Under the pieces are notes generated by a model that saw only the letters and a list, made by a program, of their open reading frames with translations, had not been told where the DNA came from and did no database searches. A program made the position numbers and the translations under genes. Source: Methylococcaceae bacterium (GTDB taxonomy: Bacteria > Pseudomonadota > Gammaproteobacteria > Methylococcales > Methylomonadaceae). Taken from it: a stretch of DNA of 64,000 nucleotides. Location of the stretch: positions 8,965 to 72,964 of the forward strand of contig JBAXUR010000004.1 of the NCBI GenBank assembly GCA_037129595.1, written 5' to 3'. This document shows positions 42,101 through 51,102 of this stretch, in pieces (positions within the stretch are counted from its first letter, which is position 1; every line of letters starts with the position of its first letter).

Positions 42101-42105
42101 TATTT

Positions 42106-42438
42106 TTACAAGCAAGTCGGTGGTTTAGGGAGTCCTGCCAACTTGCAGGCATACTTCAACGGGCCGTCCGGAAACAATTTATGCAAATACCGGCTATTAC
42201 CTTTGTCCTCGCCCAATGTTCTGGCAATGGCTTTAGTAAATACGCGGGCATTCGGCAAGTGCTTAAATTGCTGATAATAATGCCGAATAAACAGCATAAT
42301 TTCCCAGTGTGCCTCGGTCAACGTAATATGATTAAGTTCCGCTAATTGCTGTGCAACGTCTTCATTCCAGTCCGCTGATTTAACTAAAAAACCCTGATCG
42401 GTCGTCTCCAAGCCGACTTTTTCAACCATCAAGACCAT
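42106..42438 (-). CDS. tusE: TusE/DsrC family sulfur relay protein
   Basis: TDQGFL..DW, LTEAHW and C-terminal ACKLAGLPKPPTCL. Confidence 0.85.
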   Translation of the reverse strand: MVLMVEKVGLETTDQGFLVKSADWNEDVAQQLAELNHITLTEAHWEIMLFIRHYYQQFKHLPNARVFTKAIARTLGEDKGNSRYLHKLFPDGPLKYACKLAGLPKPPTCL

Positions 42439-42719
42439 GATTGAATCACCGGATTTTTAACCGTCAAATTAACCAATTCCGCATAGTCAATGACCTCAAT
42501 ACCGCTAACTAATTCAGCAGTACCGATGCCTCTCGCTTCAATATCATCACCCAAAACATAAAGACGATTAACGGTAAGCAACTGCATTAAAACGCCACAT
42601 AAACTGCCTTTTTTCAGGATGCGCAACACTGCATTTTCAAGAAAAACCACATCATCGCCTGAATCAATCCGCTCCAGAATTGCATTATCAATGGGCGACT
42701 GAAAAATAAGGTGTAGCAT
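42429..42719 (-). CDS. tusB: Sulfurtransferase complex subunit TusB/DsrH
   Basis: MLHLIFQSP, DIEARG, IDYAELVNL..W; adjacent to tusE. Confidence 0.85.
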   Translation of the reverse strand: MLHLIFQSPIDNAILERIDSGDDVVFLENAVLRILKKGSLCGVLMQLLTVNRLYVLGDDIEARGIGTAELVSGIEVIDYAELVNLTVKNPVIQSWS

Positions 42720-42720
42720 G

Positions 42721-43041
42721 TCACTGACTGTCCGTTAATTTAAGCCCGATAATTCCGGCAATCACCAAAGCAATGGACACCAAGCGATACCAATCGACTG
42801 ACTCTTTAAATAAAATGATGCCCAATATAGCCACGCCTACAGCTCCCATGCCCGTCCAAACCGCATACGCCGTTCCTAGTGGTAGTGTTTTGAGCGCCAA
42901 CATTAACAAACCAAAGCTGCCAACTGCTGATATCGCAGTGACTATGCTGGGCAAAAGCTTGGTAAAGCCTTCGTTATATTTAAGACTTAAAGCAAAGATT
43001 ATTTCTATAAACCCCGCAGAAAACAAAAGCAACCACGCCAT
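42721..43041 (-). CDS. SMR family transporter (SugE/Gdx-like)
   Basis: Conserved TM1 Glu, K...GFTK and LPLGTAYAVWTGMG motifs. Confidence 0.88.
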   Translation of the reverse strand: MAWLLLFSAGFIEIIFALSLKYNEGFTKLLPSIVTAISAVGSFGLLMLALKTLPLGTAYAVWTGMGAVGVAILGIILFKESVDWYRLVSIALVIAGIIGLKLTDSQ

Positions 43042-43128
43042 TAACACTCCCCTTTCTTTGTACAAAAAATTTTGTTATTTTACAATAGTCCATCCAATAA
43101 CCCAGCACTCAATCTTTAATAACCTGCA

Positions 43129-44487
43129 ATGAATAGCACATCAACGCCTGCACAGCGCACTATACTGACCGTTTCACAGCTTAACCGGGCAACCAGTCGA
43201 TTACTCGACGAGCATTTTCTGAGTGTGTTGGTTGAAGGTGAAATTTCCAACTTAAGTGCCCCCTCTTCCGGACATCTCTATTTTTCTCTGAAAGATACCA
43301 ATGCCCAGGTACGATGCGCGATGTTTAAAACCCAACAACGCAGACTGGGATTTAAACCGGAAAACGGTAAACACGTCATCGTTAAAGCCCAAGTTAGCTT
43401 GTACGAGCCCAGAGGTGATTTCCAGCTCATTGTCGAACACCTTGAAGAAGCCGGTGACGGTGTTTTACGAAGAGCCTTTGACGCCTTAAAGTTAAAACTA
43501 TCAGAAGAAGGTTTATTTGATGCCGTCAACAAACAAAACCTCCCTGTCCTACCCAACACCATCGGCGTCATCACTTCGCCTTCTGGCGCTGCTATCAGGG
43601 ATATTCTGACCGTATTAAGACGACGTTTTTCAGCAGTGTCGGTTATTATTTATCCCGTTGCCGTGCAGGGCGATAAAGCTAAATATGAAATTACCAAGGC
43701 CATCGCCTTGGCTAACGAACAACAACAATGCGATGTACTTATTTTAGGACGGGGCGGCGGGTCGCTGGAAGATCTTTGGGCCTTTAATGAAGAAATGGTG
43801 GCTCGTGCCATCTTCGCCAGTACAATTCCCGTCATCTCAGCTGTAGGGCACGAAACCGACGTCACTATTGCCGATTTTGTCGCCGATTTACGCGCCGCAA
43901 CCCCTTCAGCCGCCGCTGAACATGCCGTCCCGGATCAACAGGCGTGGCTGTCCCGGTTTGTACAATTGGAAGCACGATTTCATCAACTGCTACAGCGCAA
44001 GTTAAGCCAAAAACAACAAGCCTTTGCCTGGTTAAGCAAGCGTTTGCAACAGCAACATCCCGGCCAGAAACTGGCAAGAAATGCGCAACGCTTGGATGAA
44101 CTTGAATTAAGACTGACTCAGGCTATGCACACCAAAATCCACCGCAACCAAAGTCGTGTTGAGGCCAAAACAGCCCAATTATGGCAACACAGTCCAGCCG
44201 TAACCATTAACAACTATCAACAAAAACAAGACTATTTAAGTAAACGTCTGATGACCGTCATCTGCCACAAACTGGAAAACCTTAATCAACGCTTATTAAA
44301 TGTCAGCCAGACTTTGCATGCAGTTAGTCCATTGGCAACCCTAAACCGTGGCTATGCGCTGGTTATTAAACAACCATCAGGGCAACTCATCCGTTCCACA
44401 GAACAGCTAAAGCCAGGCGATATAGTAGAAACACGTCTCGCCGAAGGACGCTTTACCAGTGAAATTAAAAAATTGGTGTTGAATTAA
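43129..44487 (+). CDS. xseA: Exodeoxyribonuclease VII large subunit
   Basis: VEGEISN..SGHLYFSLKD, GRGGGSLEDLWAFN, GHETD and TPSAAAE motifs. Confidence 0.97.
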   Translation: MNSTSTPAQRTILTVSQLNRATSRLLDEHFLSVLVEGEISNLSAPSSGHLYFSLKDTNAQVRCAMFKTQQRRLGFKPENGKHVIVKAQVSLYEPRGDFQLIVEHLEEAGDGVLRRAFDALKLKLSEEGLFDAVNKQNLPVLPNTIGVITSPSGAAIRDILTVLRRRFSAVSVIIYPVAVQGDKAKYEITKAIALANEQQQCDVLILGRGGGSLEDLWAFNEEMVARAIFASTIPVISAVGHETDVTIADFVADLRAATPSAAAEHAVPDQQAWLSRFVQLEARFHQLLQRKLSQKQQAFAWLSKRLQQQHPGQKLARNAQRLDELELRLTQAMHTKIHRNQSRVEAKTAQLWQHSPAVTINNYQQKQDYLSKRLMTVICHKLENLNQRLLNVSQTLHAVSPLATLNRGYALVIKQPSGQLIRSTEQLKPGDIVETRLAEGRFTSEIKKLVLN

Positions 44488-44501
44488 AATGGCCCAAAAA
44501 T

Positions 44502-44535
44502 ATTCACCACGAAGACACGAAGAACACGAAGAAAG
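44502..44535. repeat. CACGAAGA-type repeat arm (empty reference for the 48-bp inserts)
   Basis: attcaccacgaagacacgaagaacacgaagaaa; reverse complement contains gtgtct^tcgtggtgaa. Confidence 0.65.
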
Positions 44536-44580
44536 AATAAATCCTTGATTCGATAATTACTCAGAAGATGCGGAGTAGTA

Positions 44581-44778
44581 GTAGGGTGCGCATCGCGCAC
44601 CTAAAACCGCATCTACTATACAGTTTTTTTTACACCACAATCTATTATTAATTTCTATCGGGTGCCTATTGGGTTTCTACTCTGGCATAGTTGTGGTGCG
44701 CGATGCGCACCCTCCTACTCAGGTAAACAGTAGTATTGCGAAACTTGGAGGGTGTTATTTATTACGAGTTGCATTAAT
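44581..44778. repeat. GTAG-REP-bounded dispersed repeat, paralogous to 30161-30333
   Basis: gtagggtgcgcatcgcgcacc ... ggtgcgcgatgcgcaccct inverted REPs plus shared tail. Confidence 0.75.
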
Positions 44779-45300
44779 AAAAGGCCATTGCTGTTTCACT
44801 TTATAATTAACACCGCTTGGCTCACTGCACGATTCAGCCAAAACAAAGGCTTCAGCACGCCAAACAATCGGCTCAATAGGTATGTCCGGTAAATATTGGG
44901 CATGTCTGGCAAGGGTAATATGGGGCAAATAAGGTCGGGTATCAGTTTGTAAACCGCAACTTGCAATCTCCCTGTTCAACGCAGTGACCAACAACTCCGC
45001 CTCATCAGACGCCTGGGAACAGGTAAGACATAAAATATTGGGTTTACTCCAATAACTGAGTTGATCAAACTTCAATGAAAAAGATTTGGCAGAAATCTCC
45101 CTGACACTGTATTTAAGCAATAACTCAGAGGCACTATCAACAGACCCTAAAAAAAACAGCGTTGCATGAAGATTATGCGGCTGTACCGGCTTAAATCCTT
45201 TAGCCTCTATAGATTGATTTAAGCGCACCAGCTTCAGTCTGGTTTGTTCATCAGGCCAAAGGGCAAAAAATAACCGTGATGATTCAGGATGATTTGTCAT
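44755..45300 (-). CDS. thpR: RNA 2',3'-cyclic phosphodiesterase (2H family)
   Basis: RLFFALWP, LHATLFFLG and PHITLAR (two HxT motifs). Confidence 0.92.
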   Translation of the reverse strand: MTNHPESSRLFFALWPDEQTRLKLVRLNQSIEAKGFKPVQPHNLHATLFFLGSVDSASELLLKYSVREISAKSFSLKFDQLSYWSKPNILCLTCSQASDEAELLVTALNREIASCGLQTDTRPYLPHITLARHAQYLPDIPIEPIVWRAEAFVLAESCSEPSGVNYKVKQQWPFINATRNK

Positions 45301-45303
45301 TAT

Positions 45304-45437
45304 TACTGCTCACACCCAGCATTTAAAATTAATCGGCTCATCGCGAAACCTCTTTAGCTGTTGCCTGTAAAAACAGCTAAAACGGGTTTACTCCAGCAGC
45401 AGTTTTATATTATTACGATGCTTAACTGTGGGCAGTG
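45304..45437. mobile_element. MITE family A variant, copy 5 (degenerate left end)
   Basis: Core agctgttgcctgtaaaaacagctaaa; right TIR gcttaactgtgggcagtg. Confidence 0.6.
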
Positions 45438-45478
45438 GAGCGTAGCCGAAAAACACACAGCTCTCTTTCTTCGTTTCT

Positions 45479-45574
45479 CGGCAACTGCTCCCTGCGTTGC
45501 ACTCGATTGCTTGCTCCCTGCGCAATCTAACTTAACCATCCATGGCTTACTACCTCCTGCATCCATGCAGTCAT
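45479..45574. mobile_element. Nested TCC-loop mini-elements (48-bp outer unit plus 48-bp inner unit at about 45504-45551)
   Basis: 96 bp = 2 x 48; removing the inner unit restores the 57058-57105 sequence with few mismatches. Confidence 0.8.
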
Positions 45575-45612
45575 TCGTGGTGAAAATCTTTTAACCTTAC
45601 CCGGCAACCCCG

Positions 45613-47070
45613 TTATTTTCTCCAAAATTCCGGCACAAATAAAATAACAATGGAGAATATTTGCACGCGACCCAGCAGCATGGCAAAGGTGCATACCGCT
45701 TTTTGATAATCACTTAGACTGGCATAACTACCCGCAGGTCCAACTTCATTTAATCCGGGCCCTGCGTTATTAAAGCAAGCAATAATGGCGGAAAAAGAGG
45801 TCATAAAGTCCAGTCCGCTCAATAGCAACGCGAATATCAGAATAACAATGCTCATAAAATACAGAAAAATAAACCCGGTCACTGAATTTACAATTTCATT
45901 TTTAACGATCATGTCTCCAATTTTTAACGGCCGGACCGCAAAAGGATGAATAAATTTAAACATCTCCAAGCGTGCCTGTTTCATTAAAATAATGGTTCTA
46001 ATCATACGAACACCGCCGCCCGTAGAGCCGGAAGAGGCAGACAGACAACTCAGAAACAACATCCACATGGGCACAAAAACAGGCCACTTATTAAAATCCT
46101 GGTTATCAAAACCGCAGTCAGTGGCGATAGTAACTAAATTAAAGGTTGCATAACGCAATGCGGTAAAAAAATCTGGATACGTACCAGCATGCCACAGCAC
46201 CCATGCTGCTAAAATACAACTACCCAAAACCAGTATAAGAAAAGCCCTGGCTTCACGGTCGTCTATATAGGGAATGAATGATTTTTTTCGTAGCGCTACG
46301 AAATGAGTGGCAAAATTAATAGCCGCCAACAACTGGAAGAGGGTGAGTACCACCTCAATAGATAGCGAATTAAAAAATCCGACACTGGCATCGTGCGTAG
46401 AAAATCCGCCCAGACTCATCGCAGAAAACGCATGACAAATGGCATCAAACCAAGTCATCCCCGCCAAGCGTAAAGCAATAATACAGGCCACTGTAATACC
46501 CGCATAAACCATCCACAGGGCTTTTGCGGTTTGCGCTACACGTGGTGGCAAATCTGATTCTTTAACAGTTCCCGGTGACTCCGCTTTATACAACTGCATA
46601 CCACCGATACCCAAGATTGGCAAAATGGCGACGGCAAAAATAATGATGCCCATTCCCGCAATCCAACACAACTCATGACGCCATAGATTAATCGACATCG
46701 GCAAGTAATCAAGACCCGTAAAAATAGTTGCACCGGTTGTCGTAAGCCCCGAAACCGTCTCAAAATAAGCATCATTAAAGCTAAGTGCCGGCATATAAAT
46801 CAGCAACGGGATGGTACAAAACACCGGTATTATTGACCAAGTGAGCGCCACCAATAAAAAACCGGCTTGTCGCGATACCTTTTTAGGCGTGCGCAACGTC
46901 GGAAAAAACATTAATGCACCCAGCAACAAGGTAAAAAAAGTGCCATCGAAAAAAGCATCAGTGGCGCCGTCATTGGCTATTTTTGAGGTTATCAGGCAAG
47001 TGCTCATCAGGCCGCTAAAGCCCATGGTAACCAGTCCCAAAATATGAACTATAGTAAGAATGACATTCAT
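45613..47070 (-). CDS. trkH: Trk potassium uptake membrane protein
   Basis: FETVSGLTTTGAT, GGFS, GSTGGG and NNAGPGL pore-loop motifs. Confidence 0.94.
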   Translation of the reverse strand: MNVILTIVHILGLVTMGFSGLMSTCLITSKIANDGATDAFFDGTFFTLLLGALMFFPTLRTPKKVSRQAGFLLVALTWSIIPVFCTIPLLIYMPALSFNDAYFETVSGLTTTGATIFTGLDYLPMSINLWRHELCWIAGMGIIIFAVAILPILGIGGMQLYKAESPGTVKESDLPPRVAQTAKALWMVYAGITVACIIALRLAGMTWFDAICHAFSAMSLGGFSTHDASVGFFNSLSIEVVLTLFQLLAAINFATHFVALRKKSFIPYIDDREARAFLILVLGSCILAAWVLWHAGTYPDFFTALRYATFNLVTIATDCGFDNQDFNKWPVFVPMWMLFLSCLSASSGSTGGGVRMIRTIILMKQARLEMFKFIHPFAVRPLKIGDMIVKNEIVNSVTGFIFLYFMSIVILIFALLLSGLDFMTSFSAIIACFNNAGPGLNEVGPAGSYASLSDYQKAVCTFAMLLGRVQIFSIVILFVPEFWRK

Positions 47071-47154
47071 GAAGGCATTTAAATTTTATGCAGTATCAAA
47101 AAAACGAAGGGCTTAATATGAAACACAAGGACTGTGCTTGTCCATCTTGCATTT

Positions 47155-48534
47155 TTAAGGTATCAAGGCAATCGGTTGAAAGATTTTCTCAATATTGCTG
47201 ACCAGCTTTTTTTCCATCGCAAACATGACTACATGATCGTCTTCAGCAAATATAGTGTCATGATGTATCGGAATAACCTGGCCATTGCGAATCAAAGCGC
47301 CCATCACAATACCTGCAGGAAAATTGATTGAATCAACACGGCGACCGACGACCGACTCGCCATTGTTATTATCATGTGCAATCGCCTCAATAGCTTCGGC
47401 GGTACCCCCGCACAATGAAGTCACTTGAGCCACATCACCTCGCCGCACATGCTTTAAAATACTGCCCAACGTTTCCTGATTAGGTAACACCGTGACATCA
47501 ATACCTGTACCAGGTAATAACTTAGTGTAGGAGTTATGATTAAGCAGACAAATTGTTTTTCGGGCCCCCAAGCTCTTTGCCAGAGACGCGGAGATAATAT
47601 TGACGCCGTCATTATCGGTAATCGCACAAAACAAATCTGCGCTTTCAATGGATTCATCCAATAACAGCGCTTCGTCAGCACAATCACCTAAAAGAACCAC
47701 AGTATGTTGAAGATCGTTAGCAATTTTGTTGGCTCGTATTGGATCTTTTTCAATAATTTTTACCTGATGCTTCTTTTCCAAAGCCAGCGCCAAACGTTTA
47801 CCAACATGCCCACCGCCCGCAATAATAATGCGTTTTAAGGGCGCCTCTAATTTATCTAATTCTTTTAATACCCGCCATACCTCATCACGGGGCGCCACAA
47901 AAAATACTTCATCACCCGTTTCAATGCTGACGTCTCCCGTCACGCAAGTTGGCTCACCCTGTCTAAAAATTGCCACGACACGGGTCTTTCCATCAGACAA
48001 ACGCTCTTTTAGCGTTTTAATTTTTTTACCCGTTAAAAAACCATTCGCCACAACTTTAACTGAAAATAACCGAACCAGGCCACCGGCAAAATCGGAAATA
48101 TGTAACACCCCGGGGAATTCAATTAAATTACGAATCGACTCCATAACAATCTGTTCAGGACTGATAACAATATCAACCGGAATACCGCTAGGGCCAAATA
48201 ATTTCGGATTATTCAGATAATCAATAGCACGTACCCGTGCAATTGTTTTTGGACGCTTATGTAAGGCATTAATAATAAGACAGGCTAACATGTTGGTCTC
48301 ATCACTATCGGTTACTGCGATGACGATGTCAGTGGAGTCAATTCCAGCCTGCTCCAATACACTCGGATGCGCTGCATTACCAACCACCGTAGCAATATCG
48401 AAACGGTCTTTTAAAGCATCCAGAAGCTCTTGTCTGAAATCAATAACAACAATGTCGTTTTCTTCGCTCGCAAAAGCTTCAGCAACAGACGATCCGGTAA
48501 CACCGGCTCCAAGAATAAGTATTTTCATTAACAA
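47155..48534 (-). CDS. trkA: Trk potassium uptake regulatory subunit
   Basis: Two RCK_N domains (ILGAGVTG, IAGGGHVG), each with RCK_C. Confidence 0.94.
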   Translation of the reverse strand: MLMKILILGAGVTGSSVAEAFASEENDIVVIDFRQELLDALKDRFDIATVVGNAAHPSVLEQAGIDSTDIVIAVTDSDETNMLACLIINALHKRPKTIARVRAIDYLNNPKLFGPSGIPVDIVISPEQIVMESIRNLIEFPGVLHISDFAGGLVRLFSVKVVANGFLTGKKIKTLKERLSDGKTRVVAIFRQGEPTCVTGDVSIETGDEVFFVAPRDEVWRVLKELDKLEAPLKRIIIAGGGHVGKRLALALEKKHQVKIIEKDPIRANKIANDLQHTVVLLGDCADEALLLDESIESADLFCAITDNDGVNIISASLAKSLGARKTICLLNHNSYTKLLPGTGIDVTVLPNQETLGSILKHVRRGDVAQVTSLCGGTAEAIEAIAHDNNNGESVVGRRVDSINFPAGIVMGALIRNGQVIPIHHDTIFAEDDHVVMFAMEKKLVSNIEKIFQPIALIP

Positions 48535-48903
48535 TATACCGAATTAAACAACAATCACATTAGCCACAATGCTGATACCAAACGGCTCATAATACCTGAA
48601 TAACTGTTTATTCACACTTATCAGTTATTAAATCAGAAAAATAGCCTGAATAATCTCTTAACAACGACTATTTACTCAAAAAACACCCAGAAATATTGTA
48701 AATATTCAGCCCCCCCATTTTCCAACGAGGGAGAGCAAAGCAAGGCTTGTATAATTACTGGATAATCAAACCGTTAAATAGCTTAAAAAGAGCACACTCA
48801 ATTTTGTTATTTTTTAAAAAAATAACTCGATAGCTATTCGGTAATTGAACAACAAAAACCTAAACGCTTAAATCAGACATTGAAGAATAAAACTAAATGC
48901 CCC

Positions 48904-49407
48904 TTAAAAACAACTTCCATAATCCAGTAACAACTCCTCACATCCAAAAAAAATGCGTGGATAGTCTATCCGTATCAATAGCTTCAAGCCGTATTCAAAA
49001 ATCACAGCTAACGTTAACAACCGGGCACACGCCATCCAGACTCGTAACGACGTGTTGACTGAACAGCGCCAAATAGATATTGCCCACCAAGCAATCGGCA
49101 GCAACAACATCAAATGCACGTCATCCCAACTGGATACCGTCAACATACCAATTTTTGCGAGCGTATCCGCACCGTATAGACAGACATTTAAAATAAGAAA
49201 AAAAGGCCAGAATACCCACTTAAGCGACACACGACCACTCCATGCCGCAAACAAATAGTTATCAAGTGTCAGCAGGTGTAAATTTTCATCACTCGTCGGC
49301 GAGCTTATAAACAAAACACCCCCTAACGCCATAAAAATAATCAATAACTCCAGTGGGCTTGCCAAACCAATCTGGGAAAAAAATAAGGGCAACGAATAAA
49401 TAAACAT
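48904..49407 (-). CDS. Hypothetical membrane protein
   Basis: 167-aa ORF with about four TM helices. Confidence 0.65.
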   Translation of the reverse strand: MFIYSLPLFFSQIGLASPLELLIIFMALGGVLFISSPTSDENLHLLTLDNYLFAAWSGRVSLKWVFWPFFLILNVCLYGADTLAKIGMLTVSSWDDVHLMLLLPIAWWAISIWRCSVNTSLRVWMACARLLTLAVIFEYGLKLLIRIDYPRIFFGCEELLLDYGSCF

Positions 49408-49674
49408 GACATATCAGCGATTGTTAAAAAAACAGCCCTTTAGGCTACCTGTTTTATTGGCATAAAGATAATAATAGTTATTCGAAAGCTTAAAACTAAA
49501 AAGGTCCTGTAAAGCAATCAATGACCCAATCCAATAAATAATATATCATCGTGTCGGCATAAATATAAGCGGCTTGCAGGCTAAACACTTAAGCTGACCG
49601 CCCTATTGTGTAAGCAACGCAGGCGTCGCTTACACAAAGTCTAAACAAACTAACAACGTGTTATGTGAGGAAAC

Positions 49675-49888
49675 ATGCCAAAACTCAGTAATTTTGAATG
49701 CCTAAAGAAACACGATCCGGTATTTTTTCAGTTAGCCTTTGCGGCTGAACAATCCTTTTCTGCTGATCCCAATACCACCTTGATTAAATTGCGCCAATTA
49801 GGTGAGGCTTTAGCACAAGACAAGACATGGCCGCCCGTTGCAACGTAGACTTTGATGAAAAAACCTCATAGGCTGACTTAATGTTTAA
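49675..49888 (+). pseudogene. hsdR: 5' remnant of type I restriction endonuclease R subunit (EcoKI-type)
   Basis: Manual translation MPKLSNFECLK..FSADPNTTLIKLRQLGEALAQ resembles the HsdR N-terminus; 5-nt ACAAG duplication frameshift, a premature TAG, then truncation at the IS end. Confidence 0.75.
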
Positions 49889-50352
49889 GTCAATAACCTC
49901 CGGCAAAGCCGGAGGCTTGAAAATGTTAACCGCTCAAAGCGGTTAAATCATGTACCACCTAAAGGTGGCGGTGCCTTAAAATAAATCGAGCCACTTTATT
50001 CGGTTATCCTCTTCTTCTTGATGTTTGATATAATTACGCACAGTTTCCTCATCCCTGCCCACGGTTGAAGCCCTAATATCCTCTTGCCCAGAAACTCTGA
50101 CCCGTGAAGTTCTTTCTTCGTCCCATATAGGTTAGCGCTATGGATCCCAAATTTTACCGCAATTAATAAAGGCTTTTCTTCCTATATTTTGGAATCCAGA
50201 TTGTGTCGCACTTACCTTCCCATTTCGTATATATTAAATTCTCTGGCGAATTCATCGTTTTTTCCTTATCTTTTGAACTTTAGGCGGTTTACAGATAAGG
50301 AGACTCTCGAAGATTCCCGTAATTGTCAAACTTTGTTAGTTCCCCCAGCAGA
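49889..50352 (-). mobile_element. Defective IS200/IS605-family element
   Basis: Terminal hairpins cctccggc-aaa-gccggagg, taaccgct-caa-agcggtta and ccacct-aa-aggtgg; tnpA remnant inside. Confidence 0.8.
49976..50255 (-). pseudogene. tnpA: IS200 Y1 transposase pseudogene with internal deletion
   Basis: N-part MNSPENL..TKWE..WIPKYRKKSLY joined to C-part TYMGRRKNFTGQSFWARGY*..STVGRDEETVRNYIKHQEEED; the central HUH region is missing. Confidence 0.8.
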
Positions 50353-50550
50353 GCTCTCATCATTATACCCAAGTGCCTGTCGGAGTCTGGGAGCTTATGT
50401 AACTCGTGGAGGTCAGATTCTGCTTGGCTGCCAGGCAAAACCTGACCTCCATTGTAGGCGCATTCCCAAACCCGGCAGGAACAACGAACTTTGTCATTCC
50501 AGCAGAGATGCCGGTATCTCGCAGGGCACTTGTGTATAACGATGAGAGCT
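50352..50550. mobile_element. 199-bp MITE with roughly 30-bp TIRs and internal REP hairpins
   Basis: agctctcatcattatacccaagtgcc / ggcacttgtgtataacgatgagagct; internal ggaggtcag...ctgacctcc and gtcattcc-type palindromes. Confidence 0.7.
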
Positions 50551-50586
50551 TGAACTTGGAAATAAGAAAATATACCATTATGTTAC

Positions 50587-51102
50587 TTAGCCAAGCCAGC
50601 CTTGCTTAACCGCTAACAGTAATAATGCGCCTGCGAATACACCGGCCAGAACATCATCAATCATGATACCAAAGCCACCGGAGACATGCTGATCCAGCCA
50701 TTTAATAGGCCACGGTTTTAAAATATCAAAAAACCTGAACAGGATAAATCCGGCGATGATAGTTTGCCAAGTAAAGGGAGCTAACCACAGTGTTATTAAG
50801 TAACCGGCTATTTCGTCCCAAACGATGCCGCCAAAATCATGTTCGTTTAACTTTTCTGCCGCTTTTCCACAAATCCACACACCCACTACCGACACAAGCA
50901 CGGTGAGGAAACTATAAATCAGGCTATTAGTTTGTGCAAACAGCCAGTAAACCGGAATGGCTGCCAAGGTGCCCATCGTACCCGGTGCTTTTTTAGCCAA
51001 TCCGGAGCCAAAACCAAAAGCCAGAAACAAGATGGGATCAGACAGAATTTGCCGGGGCGTGAGTTCGTTTTTACCGTAGTGACTTTTAAGAAAAATGCTC
51101 AT
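50587..51102 (-). CDS. pgpA: Phosphatidylglycerophosphatase A
   Basis: GFGSG..APGT.GTL, HD.GGIVWDE and FRFFDILKPWPI motifs. Confidence 0.95.
   Translation of the reverse strand: MSIFLKSHYGKNELTPRQILSDPILFLAFGFGSGLAKKAPGTMGTLAAIPVYWLFAQTNSLIYSFLTVLVSVVGVWICGKAAEKLNEHDFGGIVWDEIAGYLITLWLAPFTWQTIIAGFILFRFFDILKPWPIKWLDQHVSGGFGIMIDDVLAGVFAGALLLLAVKQGWLG

Noticed and set aside
43042-43128. Guanidine riboswitch upstream of the SugE/Gdx-like SMR gene
   Set aside because: The 87-bp AT-rich gap has no ACGR twin hairpins or other recognisable ykkC features.
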